From NCBI GenBank assembly GCA_963771175.1, contig CAVYSY010000058.1, forward strand, positions 40,275 to 104,274: DNA of 64,000 nt, in the 5' to 3' direction. The DNA comes from an uncultured delta proteobacterium (lineage in GTDB: Bacteria > Myxococcota > Myxococcia > Myxococcales > Myxococcaceae). Of this stretch, positions 54,989 through 64,000 are shown piece by piece; position 1 is the stretch's first letter, and each line of letters begins with the position of its first letter. The position numbers and the translations under genes were made by a program. The notes under the pieces are model-generated. The model had not been told where the DNA came from. It was given only the letters and a program-made list of their open reading frames with translations, and did no database searches.

Positions 54989-56881
54989 CTAGTAGGTGCC
55001 CTTCATCGTCACGGCCGTGTACGCGCTGTAGCCGCGCGAGCAGGCGTACCAGGTACCGGCGCTCGGAGCGCTGATGGTGCAGCTCTCCGTGTTGCCGGAG
55101 AGGTACGGGCGGCAGTCGTAGGAGCTGGTGGTGGGCTGCGCGCCGAACTTCACGTACAGGTCCGCATCACCCGTGGTGCCCGTCTTGCCCGCCTGGTTGA
55201 AGACCACCGAGGTCGTCCCGGCCGGCACGTTCAGCGTGTAGCAGGTCATCGAGGCCGAGGCGCCCGAGTACTGCGCCGTCTCCACGCCGTTGGTCAGCAC
55301 GTTGCCGCCACCGCCACCGCCGGTGGAGTACGAGCCCTTCAGGCTCATGCCCGAAGCGGCCGAGTAGCCGTTGAGCTTCACGTAGTAGGTGCCGGCGCTC
55401 GGAGTGGCGAAGGTGCAGGTCTCCGTGTTGCCGGACGCGTACGGACGGCAGTCGTACGAGGAGCTGGTCGGCTCGGCGCCGAACTTCACGTACATGTCGG
55501 CGTCACCCGTGCCGCCGCTCAGGTTGAACGCCAGGCTGCTGGCGCCCGCGGGGACCGACAGGGTGTAGTTGCAGCTCCAGGCGCCCGCGTCCACGGCGAT
55601 GCCGGACACCGTCACGCCGTTGGAGAGCGTCACCGGCGTGCAGGCCGGGGGCGGGGTGGTGCCACCGCCCATGAAGCCGGTGTAGAGCAGCTTGTTCACC
55701 GAGCCGGTGCCGGGGCTGGTCACCTTGTTCGCGGTGGCGTTGGTGGTGAGCGCCGACATCACCTGCGCCGGGGTGGCCGTGGGGTTCTGCTGCAGGTAGA
55801 GGGCCGCCGCGCCCGCCACGTGCGGCGAGGCCATGGACGTGCCGCTCATCGAGGTGCTGCCCGTGTCGCTGGAGCTCGAGGCCGAGGTGATGCTCGAGCC
55901 CGGCGCGAAGATGTCCAGGCAGGTGCCGTAGTTGGAGAAGGACGAGCGGGCATCGCTGCTGGTGGTGGAGCCCACCGTCAGGGCGTTGGGCGCGCGCGCC
56001 GGCGAGTAGTTGCAGGCGCTCAGGTTGTCGTTACCCGCGGCGACGGCCGTCACCACGCCCGCGGCGATCATCCGCTCCACCGCGTCATCCAGCGCCTGCG
56101 TGGCGTCACCACCGAGGCTCATGTTGGCCACGGCCGGCTTGACGTGGTTGGCCGTCACCCAGTCCAGGCCGGCGATGACCTGGGCGTCGGTGCCGCTGCC
56201 GGCGCAGTCGAGCACGCGCACCGGGTGCAGCGTCACCTTCTTCGCCACGCCCCAGGTGGTGCCGCCCACCGTGCCCGCCACGTGCGTGCCGTGGCCGTGG
56301 CAGTCGCTGGCGTTGCCACCGGAGGTGATGGCGTCATAGCCGTTGCCCACGCGCCCGGAGAACTGGGAGTGCGTCAGCCGCATGCCCGTGTCGATGATGT
56401 ACGCGTGCACCCCGGTGCCATCGGGGTCGTAGTTGTAGGTGCTGTTGAGCGGCAGGCTCGTCTGATCGATGCGGTCGATGCCCCAGGTCGCGCCCGTCTG
56501 GGAGGTCGACGTGGACACCACGCCGTTCTCCTCGATGTACGCCACGCGGGAGTCCGTCAGCAGCTCGCGAACGCGCGCCTCGGGCATGCGCACCGCGAAG
56601 CCCTTGAGGGCGTGCTCGTACGTGTGCAGCAGCTGACCACCACGCGACGCCGCCATCTCCTGCGCGATGAACGAGGCCTTGGTGCCCACCACGCCCTGCT
56701 CGCGCAGCACGACGATGTACTCGTCCGGAACCGCATTCGGCTTGCGCAGGAGCTGGGCCACCTGGCCGACCTCCTTGGACGGGAGGATGCCTTGCTGCTC
56801 CTCTTCGGTCATCGGGCCGCCGCACGCGGCGGCGCCCAGCAGGGAACAGGTGAGGAGAGCCTGGGTCAGCTTCAGCTTCAT
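54989..56881 (-). CDS. S8 subtilisin/proteinase K-like protease with I9 propeptide and two PPC domains, lipoprotein
   Basis: IIDTG, HGTHVAG and GTSMASPH; two GDADxYVKFG domains; AAA-C lipobox. Confidence 0.95.
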   Translation of the reverse strand: MKLKLTQALLTCSLLGAAACGGPMTEEEQQGILPSKEVGQVAQLLRKPNAVPDEYIVVLREQGVVGTKASFIAQEMAASRGGQLLHTYEHALKGFAVRMPEARVRELLTDSRVAYIEENGVVSTSTSQTGATWGIDRIDQTSLPLNSTYNYDPDGTGVHAYIIDTGMRLTHSQFSGRVGNGYDAITSGGNASDCHGHGTHVAGTVGGTTWGVAKKVTLHPVRVLDCAGSGTDAQVIAGLDWVTANHVKPAVANMSLGGDATQALDDAVERMIAAGVVTAVAAGNDNLSACNYSPARAPNALTVGSTTSSDARSSFSNYGTCLDIFAPGSSITSASSSSDTGSTSMSGTSMASPHVAGAAALYLQQNPTATPAQVMSALTTNATANKVTSPGTGSVNKLLYTGFMGGGTTPPPACTPVTLSNGVTVSGIAVDAGAWSCNYTLSVPAGASSLAFNLSGGTGDADMYVKFGAEPTSSSYDCRPYASGNTETCTFATPSAGTYYVKLNGYSAASGMSLKGSYSTGGGGGGNVLTNGVETAQYSGASASMTCYTLNVPAGTTSVVFNQAGKTGTTGDADLYVKFGAQPTTSSYDCRPYLSGNTESCTISAPSAGTWYACSRGYSAYTAVTMKGTY

Positions 56882-57017
56882 GAAAACCTCGGGGGGAGGG
56901 GTGGAGCACCCACGGGAGAAAAGCCGGGGCAACAACGAATTAGGCGCTTCCGCGCCTAAACCGTCAATACCGTTTTTCTCGGTTTGTCCGAATCCGACTC
57001 CCCCGAGGCCGAGCCCG

Positions 57018-57503
57018 CTACTGCCCCGGGGCCACGTTGGGCCCGAAGCCCAGGGCCAGGGTGGGCAGCACCCTCCACTCGGTCCACGCCGGGCGGGCCC
57101 AGGTGGCCGAGGAGGAGGCGCTCGCCCCGACGCCCAGGCGCAGGAAACCGAAGCGCCAGGCCACGCCCGCGTGGGCCCCGTAGGGCATCAGCAGCCGAGT
57201 GTGGACGCTGGCCGTCCAGAAGAGGCCGCGCCCGTCCCCGGAGCGCCACAGCGGCCCCTCGTAGGCGAGCGACTGCGAGGCGACGGAGGCCCCCGCGTAC
57301 AGCCCGTCCACCGGCAGGGCGAGCACCACCTTCACCTGCTCGAGGAAGCGCACGCCCGTCATCGGCGCGTAGGCGCCCGCCATGGGCAGGTCGTAGTGGA
57401 GGAAGGTGCCAGCGTCCTCACTGAGGACGTCCACGCGATCCAACCGCACCGGCGCGGCGGCCAGGGCGAGGCTCGCGGTCACGAGGGAGAGGGTCAACGG
57501 CAC
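57018..57503 (-). CDS. Hypothetical beta-strand-rich exported protein
   Basis: Probable GTG start overlapping upstream stop; signal-like N-terminus; myxobacterial codon usage. Confidence 0.55.
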   Translation of the reverse strand: MPLTLSLVTASLALAAAPVRLDRVDVLSEDAGTFLHYDLPMAGAYAPMTGVRFLEQVKVVLALPVDGLYAGASVASQSLAYEGPLWRSGDGRGLFWTASVHTRLLMPYGAHAGVAWRFGFLRLGVGASASSSATWARPAWTEWRVLPTLALGFGPNVAPGQ

Positions 57504-58435
57504 GGCGCACGCTCCACGTAGTCGGTGATGAGGTAGTCCAGGGGCCAGCGGCAGAAGGCCGCGAGCTGGGACTCGGTGTTGGCCGTCCACACGGCCGTCT
57601 TCAGTCCGGCCTGGCGCACCGCCTCCATCGCGGCGCGGTCCGCCACCGCGTAGGCCACGGCGATGCCGTCCGCCCCCGCGTCGCGCGCGAGCTGGATGAG
57701 CTCCTGCGCGCCCACGGTGCGCTTGAGCTCGTTGCGGATGGCCGTCTGGACATCGCTCTCGTCCGGGGAGAACGTCGGCCAGATGAGGAGGGCCTCCATG
57801 TCCTGGCGTGCCTGGAAGGTCTTCAGCAGCTCGCCCCGGGTGGAGGTGATGAAGAAGCGGTTGGGCAACGCCGCCGCGTTCCAGCGGCCGAGGATTTCAT
57901 CGGCGAAGACCTCGGGGGATTCCGTGTACCGGGGGTCCTCCTTGATATCGAGCTGCACGACCACGTCGGGGGAGCCCTTCAGCGCGGAGAGCAGCTCCTC
58001 GAAGGTGAAGTACCGGTCGGCCACCTTCACCGCGCCGGGCTTCTCCGCATCGCCCAGACCGCCGCAGCGGTAGTCGCGCCGCAGTTCCTCCAGGGTGAAG
58101 TCCTTGATGAGCAGGCGCGAATCCTCGGGCAGCCGGCGGGCTTCGACTTCATCGGCGCCCTTGGTGAACGTGCACAGCTCGGCATCAATCCACGGATCAT
58201 GCGAGAGGATGGGGATGCGGTCCTTCGTGAGGACGACATCCACCTCGATGGCCGGGTAGCCCTCGTGGAGGGCGGCGGTCACCGCCGAGCGCGAGTTCTC
58301 CGGGTAGTTGCCCGAGCCGGAGCGGTGCGCCACCACGCGCGGCGTTCCGGGGGCATCCACGAAGCCGCAGCCCGTGGCCAGCAGCAGCGCGCATGCGAGC
58401 GCGCCTCCTCTTCGATTCCACCTGGTCGTTGTCAT
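57494..58435 (-). CDS. Glycerophosphodiester phosphodiesterase lipoprotein
   Basis: AHRS, PENS, EVDV, SHD, VWTAN and ITDY; ATG-C lipobox. Confidence 0.9.
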   Translation of the reverse strand: MTTTRWNRRGGALACALLLATGCGFVDAPGTPRVVAHRSGSGNYPENSRSAVTAALHEGYPAIEVDVVLTKDRIPILSHDPWIDAELCTFTKGADEVEARRLPEDSRLLIKDFTLEELRRDYRCGGLGDAEKPGAVKVADRYFTFEELLSALKGSPDVVVQLDIKEDPRYTESPEVFADEILGRWNAAALPNRFFITSTRGELLKTFQARQDMEALLIWPTFSPDESDVQTAIRNELKRTVGAQELIQLARDAGADGIAVAYAVADRAAMEAVRQAGLKTAVWTANTESQLAAFCRWPLDYLITDYVERAPCR

Positions 58436-58500
58436 GGGGGGCTCGTTTCGTACCACGAGCCCCCACGGTCCAGCCATCCGACCCGCGGTGTCCTCGCGCT

Positions 58501-60145
58501 TCACCCGGAGCTGGCGACGGGGCGCGCCACGGCCTCGGCGACCTTCGCCCCGGAGTCCACCTGCTGGCAGGCGGGGATGAAGGTCATGGCACGCTCGGCG
58601 AGCGCGGTGATGGTGAGGGACGGGTTGACGCCCGGGTTGGCGGAGATGGCGGAGCCGTCGACGACGTAGAGGCCCTCGTAGCCATAGAGGCGGTGCTGGG
58701 AGTCGATGACGCCCGTCTGGGGCGAGTCCCCCATGCAGCAGCCTCCGAGGATGTGGGCAGTGGTGGGGATGCCCAGCACCGACTCGGTGGCCAGGGTCAT
58801 GGGCATGCCTTCCAGCTTCTCCGCCACGCGGTGGGCCAGCTCGGCGGCCTCGGGCATGTGGGCGGTGGGAGCGGGGCCCTCCTGCAGGCCGGTCTTGAGC
58901 CCCTTGAGCCCACCGGTGAAGAGCCCGCGCCCACGCCGCATGCGCAGGTGTCCTTCCAGTGTGCGCATGTAGAGGAGGATCATCGACCTCCGGGCGAAGT
59001 CGCGGAGGAAGAAGTTGCGCGGAACCTTGAGCGGATGGCGCAGGAAGATACCCACCAGGTTCGCCAGCCGCGAGAGGACGGAGGTGCCGGTGACATAGGG
59101 CGCCATGAGGGTGCGGAAGAAGTCCGAGCCCGCGCCGTAGCGCACCGGCTCCAGGTGCGAGTGCTCATCGGTGTGGAGGATGGAGCCGATGGCGATGCCC
59201 CTGGACAGGTCCTGGTCGCGCTTGTTGTCGCCGGCCACGATGCCGATGAGCGCCTCCGAGTTGGTGCGCACGGCATCCCCGAGCCGGTCCGACAGCCGGG
59301 GCAGTCCGTCCTGGGTGGGCCTTGAGCTTGAGCAGCAGGTCCACCGTGCCCAGCACGCCGCCGGAGAAGACGACCTGGCGCGCGGTGAAGCGCCGCTTGC
59401 GGCGGAAGAAGCGGGAAGTGCCCTCGAGCGCCTCCACCTCGTAACCGCCCCCGGGCAGCGGGCGCACCCAGGTCACTTCGGTGTCCGCGTGGAGGACGAG
59501 GCCGCGCTTCTCGGCGAGGTAGAGGTAGTTCTTGTCCAGCGTGTTCTTGGCGCCGAAGCGGCAGCCCGTCATGCAGGCGCCGCAGGAGTTGCAGCCGGTG
59601 CGCTCGGGGCCCTCGCCGCCGAAGTACGGGTCCGGCACCGTCACCCCGGGCTGGCCGAAGTAGACGGCCACCGTGGTGGGCTGGAAGTCCTCGCGACCCA
59701 TGTCCTTGCCCACCTGCTGGATGACCTCGTCCGGCAGCGTGCGCAGCGGGTTCACCGTGGCCCCGAGCATCCTGCGCGCGGTGGCGTAGTGCGGCGCCAG
59801 CTCGGACTTCCAGTCCGACAGGTGTCCCCAGGAGCGCGCCTGGAAGAAGTCATCCTTCGGGATGGGCAACGTGTTGGCGTAGACGAGCGAGCCTCCACCC
59901 ACGCCCACCCCGGACAGCACGGTGACGTGGCGGAAGAAGGTCATCTTGAACAGGCCGCGCCACCCGAGCCGCGGCATCCACAGCCATCGCTTCAGGTCCC
60001 AGTTCGTCTTGGGGAAGTCCTTCGCCCCCAGGCGCGGGCCCTTCTCCAACATCACCACCCGGTAGCCCTTCTCCGTCAGGCGCAGGGCGCTCACGCTGCC
60101 GCCGAAGCCCGAGCCGATGATGAGCCAGTCGCAGTCGAACTCCAT
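58501..60145 (-). CDS. Cholesterol oxidase-like GMC oxidoreductase; frameshift near 59315
   Basis: IGSGFGG, GVGGGSLVYAN, CGACMTGC, AHILGG and NPSLTITALAE. Confidence 0.9.
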
Positions 60146-60298
60146 CGTGTCCTCCCCCCTGAGGGGATACTTCACAGAATATGAGACCCGTGCTGGGTGC
60201 GCCTTCCCCCCCTGCTCGGGGGGCTTACGCGCGGGCGTGAATCCAAGGTTCGCCAGACCCGGTCCCTCTCTGGAGGCAGAGGAGAGCCAGGCGAGGTG

Positions 60299-61228
60299 TC
60301 ACTCCGGAGCAGTCAGCTTCCGCCGAGCGGCTTCCCGGCGCTTCGCGCGCACCTTCCCCGCCACGTTGAGCAGGAAGCGGTCCCGCTCCCAACGCTCTCG
60401 CGTGGGCGCGTCCACCCGTTCCCAGAGTTCCCCCAGCCCATCCACCCTCCGCCGGAACAGGTCGATCGCCCCGGCCAGCGCGAGATGTACCGTCGGCGAG
60501 GCCGGGGCCGCCTGAGCCAGTCCCCGCATCGTCACCGCCAGGGCGAGCAGCTCTTCCCGCACCTCGTCCGGCCAGCCCGAGCGGCGAGCCACCTGGAGGA
60601 GCCAGCCGAGCACCGCCGCGAAGACGTGGCAGTCCTCCACCGTGCGGAACGGTTTGACGTAGCGCGTGTAGCCGTCGCCGGGGAGCACCTCGTCGGGCGC
60701 CACCTCCACGGCGTGCAGGCGAAGCTCGGCGTGGGGCACCTCCGGGACGAAGGGAGGCGGGGGCAGCTCGGTGAGCGTCACTCCCGGTCGGCGCGCGTCG
60801 AGCCGCACCAGCCGGAGCCGGTTGCGCCCCTGCTCGTCCTGGCCCTCGGTGGCCACCACCAGCAGCACGTCCGCCGCGGTGCCCAGGGTGACGAAGGCCT
60901 TGGTTCCCTCCAGCCGCAGCGGGCCATCGCCCGAGCCGGTGAGTCGGGTGTGCATCGCGGCGGGGTGTCCGCCCTCGGCCTCGGTGACGCACAGCGCGTA
61001 GCGGTGCTCGCGCGACAGCTCCGGGAACAGCGAGCGCAGGGCGGAGTGGTAGCCCGAGGCGAACGCATAGCCCAGCCGATCCGCCGCGAAGCCCCCGGCG
61101 AACGCCACGTCCACCGGGAGGGAGAAGCGCGAGGCCAGCCGCAGGTGCTGCGCCCACCAGTCCCCGACAGAGCCCAAGGGCACCGGGACGGGCGACTCGG
61201 TGAGGAGGAACCGCAGGATCTCATCCAT
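60299..61228 (-). CDS. Acyl-CoA dehydrogenase-like protein
   Basis: ALCVTE, LEGTKAFVT, LPGDGY. Confidence 0.8.
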   Translation of the reverse strand: MDEILRFLLTESPVPVPLGSVGDWWAQHLRLASRFSLPVDVAFAGGFAADRLGYAFASGYHSALRSLFPELSREHRYALCVTEAEGGHPAAMHTRLTGSGDGPLRLEGTKAFVTLGTAADVLLVVATEGQDEQGRNRLRLVRLDARRPGVTLTELPPPPFVPEVPHAELRLHAVEVAPDEVLPGDGYTRYVKPFRTVEDCHVFAAVLGWLLQVARRSGWPDEVREELLALAVTMRGLAQAAPASPTVHLALAGAIDLFRRRVDGLGELWERVDAPTRERWERDRFLLNVAGKVRAKRREAARRKLTAPE

Positions 61229-61310
61229 GGGGGCGCCACTCTAGGCCATCCGGAGCGCAGGAGCGCGCGAGTCCAACCGGGCCTCGAAAGCAGGGGCCCC
61301 GTCGGGCGCG

Positions 61311-61354
61311 GTTTTCAAAAACCTGTCCGACAGTCGGACAGGTTTCTGAAGAAC
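61311..61354. repeat. REP-like palindrome AAACCTGTCCGAC-A-GTCGGACAGGTTT
   Basis: 13-bp perfect arms (61319-61345) with imperfect extensions; intergenic between divergent genes. Confidence 0.85.
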
Positions 61355-61563
61355 TCGACCGGGAGGCCGGCCGGGCACGATGTTCAGCAACTTGTCCACT
61401 AAGTACAAGTTCGAGAGAAGCGCGACCGGGAGGTCGGCGTGCCGCAGGGGTCGCGGCCTACGTGCGCGGCGCGGATGCACTGATGCTGTTCGTCGCCCGG
61501 CGATATCCGCCTGTAACCCAAGCGTCACATGCTGGCTCCGGCGGTAGCCACTACCTTGCTACC

Positions 61564-62934
61564 ATGAGCCCTCCCCTCCCCCTACGAGCCGCCGTCGTCG
61601 GCATGATGTTGTCCCTCTCCACCACGAGCGCGGTCGCGGCCCAGAGCCGCACCAGCTTCGTGGTGGGCGAGCTCACCGCGTTCAACGCCAACCTCACCCC
61701 CGAGGCCCGCGCCGAGAAGTACGCGCGGATGAAGGAGTCCGCCTTCACCTTCTTCCGAGGCAGCAACCACCTGTACTGGAAGGACTTCGCCACCTCCTCG
61801 CAGCTCTCCACCTACGGAGGCTCCAGCTTCACGCGCACCTGGCTGGGTGGCGACATGCACGTCAACAACACCGGCTCCTTCGATGACGACCAGGGCGACA
61901 TCGTCTTCGGCCTCAATGACTTCGACGAGGCCGTCATCGGCGACTACCAGCTCGACGTCTGGCGCCTGGCCATCAGCCTCGTGCTCGTGGCCCGTGAGAA
62001 CGGGGTGTTCAGCGGCGCCGACCAGGACGTCATCGTGGACGCCTTCTCCGAGGCCTACCTCGACACGATGGCCAACTTCGCCGGCAACAGCGGCGAGACC
62101 ACGAAGAAGTTCCGCGCCAGCAACACCTACGGCCTGCTCAACGACTTCCTCGATGGCGTGGCCGCCAACGAGAGCCGGGTGAAGTTGCTCGACAAGTGGA
62201 CGGTGCAGGTCAACGGTGTCCGCCGCTTCAACACCACGACCCATCCGGATCTGACCGCGGTGTCCTCGGCCGTGGACACCGACCTGCGCGCCCGCATGAG
62301 CAGCTACCGGGCCACGCTCAGTGGCGGCACCTCGTGGTCCTCCAGCTACTTCACGGTGAAGAGCGTGGCGCAGCGCCTGCACGCCGGCATCGGCTCGCTG
62401 GGCACCACCCGCTATTACGTGCTCATCGAGGGTGCCACCACCTCGCAGGACGATGACCGCGTCCTCGACGTGAAGGCCCAGGGGACGCCGAGTGCCTGGC
62501 CCTACCTCCCCTCCTCCGTGGTGAGCCAGACGGACTCCGCCTGCGGCAACAACATGGCCGCGCGCGCCGTGCAGGCCTACAAGGCGCTCGGCTATCGCGT
62601 GGACGACCACCTGGGCTGGATGACGCTCGCCGATGGCCGCCCGTACAGCGTGCGCGAGGTGTCGCCCTGGAAGGAGTCCTTCCCCACCACCGACCTCGAC
62701 ACGCTCACGCGCTTCACGAACCTGGCCGAGCAATGGGGCCAGGTCCTGGCCACCCACCACGCCCGCGCCGACAAGGACTGGGACCCGACCGTCTTCCCGT
62801 ACTCGGTGGACAGCGAGATAAACGCCCGCACCGACGGCGACCACGCCGGCTTCCGCGCCCGGGTACGCGCCATCGCCTCCGACGCCGCCACCCAGGTGCA
62901 GTACGATTTCGCCAGCTTCGTCGCGAGCTTCTGA
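61564..62934 (+). CDS. DUF2252 family protein with signal peptide
   Basis: FTFFRGS, GDMHVNN, NDFDE, GIGSLG..RY and HARAD. Confidence 0.85.
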   Translation: MSPPLPLRAAVVGMMLSLSTTSAVAAQSRTSFVVGELTAFNANLTPEARAEKYARMKESAFTFFRGSNHLYWKDFATSSQLSTYGGSSFTRTWLGGDMHVNNTGSFDDDQGDIVFGLNDFDEAVIGDYQLDVWRLAISLVLVARENGVFSGADQDVIVDAFSEAYLDTMANFAGNSGETTKKFRASNTYGLLNDFLDGVAANESRVKLLDKWTVQVNGVRRFNTTTHPDLTAVSSAVDTDLRARMSSYRATLSGGTSWSSSYFTVKSVAQRLHAGIGSLGTTRYYVLIEGATTSQDDDRVLDVKAQGTPSAWPYLPSSVVSQTDSACGNNMAARAVQAYKALGYRVDDHLGWMTLADGRPYSVREVSPWKESFPTTDLDTLTRFTNLAEQWGQVLATHHARADKDWDPTVFPYSVDSEINARTDGDHAGFRARVRAIASDAATQVQYDFASFVASF

Positions 62935-62937
62935 GCC

Positions 62938-63438
62938 TCAGGCCAACTCGGCCAATGGCCGGTGAGACCCCGCTCCGCCGGGAAGGCGCAGCAGCTCGTC
63001 CATGATGCCGAGCACGATCAGATCGAACAGCGCGTCCGCCGCCTCCTGCAGCGGCCAGTCCGCACGGACCTGCTTCGCTCCCGAGCCCGACGTGGGCTCG
63101 GCCCCGACGCTCTCCGCGGCCGAGTGACAGGCGGCCACCACGTCCGAGATGTCCAGGGACTCGGCCACCGGACGAATGAGCTGCGACAGCATCTCGTCGT
63201 CGATGTGCGCGGGCGGCGGCCCGTCGCGCAGGGCCTCGGCCACCTCCGCCATGTCGAACACCAGCCGGCTGGAGCGGTAGAACGAGTGCTCGGTGGCGAG
63301 CGCCAGCAGGGACCGGGCCTTCTCGGGCTCCTCCTGGCGGAGCGACTTGCCGCGCAGGGCGAGCGCGCACAGCACCGAACGCGTGCGGTGGGTCACCTTC
63401 GCCAGGCTCAGCAGCAGCAGCTCGTCGACTCTCTTCAT
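62938..63438 (-). CDS. Hypothetical protein
   Basis: Helical ORF with coding-like composition from MKRVDELL; no recognised motif. Confidence 0.5.
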   Translation of the reverse strand: MKRVDELLLLSLAKVTHRTRSVLCALALRGKSLRQEEPEKARSLLALATEHSFYRSSRLVFDMAEVAEALRDGPPPAHIDDEMLSQLIRPVAESLDISDVVAACHSAAESVGAEPTSGSGAKQVRADWPLQEAADALFDLIVLGIMDELLRLPGGAGSHRPLAELA

Positions 63439-63597
63439 CCCGGCTCCCGGCTCATGGACGCGGCTGCGAACCCCATAAGCCCACCATCCCTCGGCCTCTG
63501 GATGCAAGAGGGGCCACGTCGGACGGAAAACGATGGCCTACCTGTAGGGTTCCCAGGTGCGACCAGGAGCTGCGAGAGCGGCGACTCGACGAGGGCT

Positions 63598-64000
63598 TCA
63601 GTCCTTGAACTCGGCCCACACCGGCGCGTGGTCCGAGGGCTGCTTGCCCTTGCGCGCCTCGCGGTCCACGTCCGCGGCCACCAGCCGCTCCGCCAGCGGC
63701 GCCGTCGCGAAGATGTGGTCGATGCGCAGTCCCTTGTTCTTCGGGAACGCCAGCATCCGGTAGTCCCACCAGCTGAAGCGCTGCTCGTCCGGGTGCAGCT
63801 TGCGGAAGGTGTCCGTCAGCCCGAACGCGCACAGCTCGCGCAGCGCCGCGCGCTCCTTCGGCGTACAGAGCGTCTGCCCTTCCCACAGCGCCGGGTCCCA
63901 CACGTCGATGTTCTCGGGCGCCACGTTCCAGTCACCGCACAGCACCAGCGACTCGCCCGGCTTGTGCCGCGAGTCCAGGTAGCGCCGCAGCCGCCCGTAC
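63598..64000 (-). CDS. xth: Exodeoxyribonuclease III (5' part outside window)
   Basis: LCGDWNVAP, FSWWDYR, GLRIDH and PSDHAPV. Confidence 0.95.
   Translation of the reverse strand, partial: YGRLRRYLDSRHKPGESLVLCGDWNVAPENIDVWDPALWEGQTLCTPKERAALRELCAFGLTDTFRKLHPDEQRFSWWDYRMLAFPKNKGLRIDHIFATAPLAERLVAADVDREARKGKQPSDHAPVWAEFKD

Overview
High-GC myxobacterial chromosome window (Cystobacterineae-like, inferred from gene content). It is mostly core genome: fadN-like, M1 aminopeptidase, argS, bcp, SWIM-SNF2 helicase, prs, msrB, rpmE, cpoB-like, a complete Che3-type chemosensory cluster with divergent crdA, an RpoH-like sigma factor, a subtilase, cholesterol oxidase and xth. Accessory patches are interspersed. 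The most notable signals are: (1) a 5'-nucleotidase/UshA-like gene split in the ORF track by an in-frame TGA in a C-G-U motif, followed 10 nt later by a SECIS-like hairpin, i.e. a probable selenoprotein; (2) a translationally coupled operon of an RbfA paralog and an RtcB RNA ligase, preceded by a ~170-nt multi-helix non-coding element, a candidate undescribed ribosome/RNA-repair module; (3) a DUF2381 / lipoprotein / PD-(D/E)xK lipoprotein toxin / immunity-like cassette; (4) a Zur-box-like palindrome ahead of zinc-free L33 plus a COG0523 metallochaperone; (5) a UbiA-type terpene-cyclase-like gene next to an orphan MCP; (6) REP-like palindromes. Many genes carry clustered single-base frameshifts, including essential argS. 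These are most likely sequencing or assembly errors. All family assignments come from motif recognition by eye, not from database searches.
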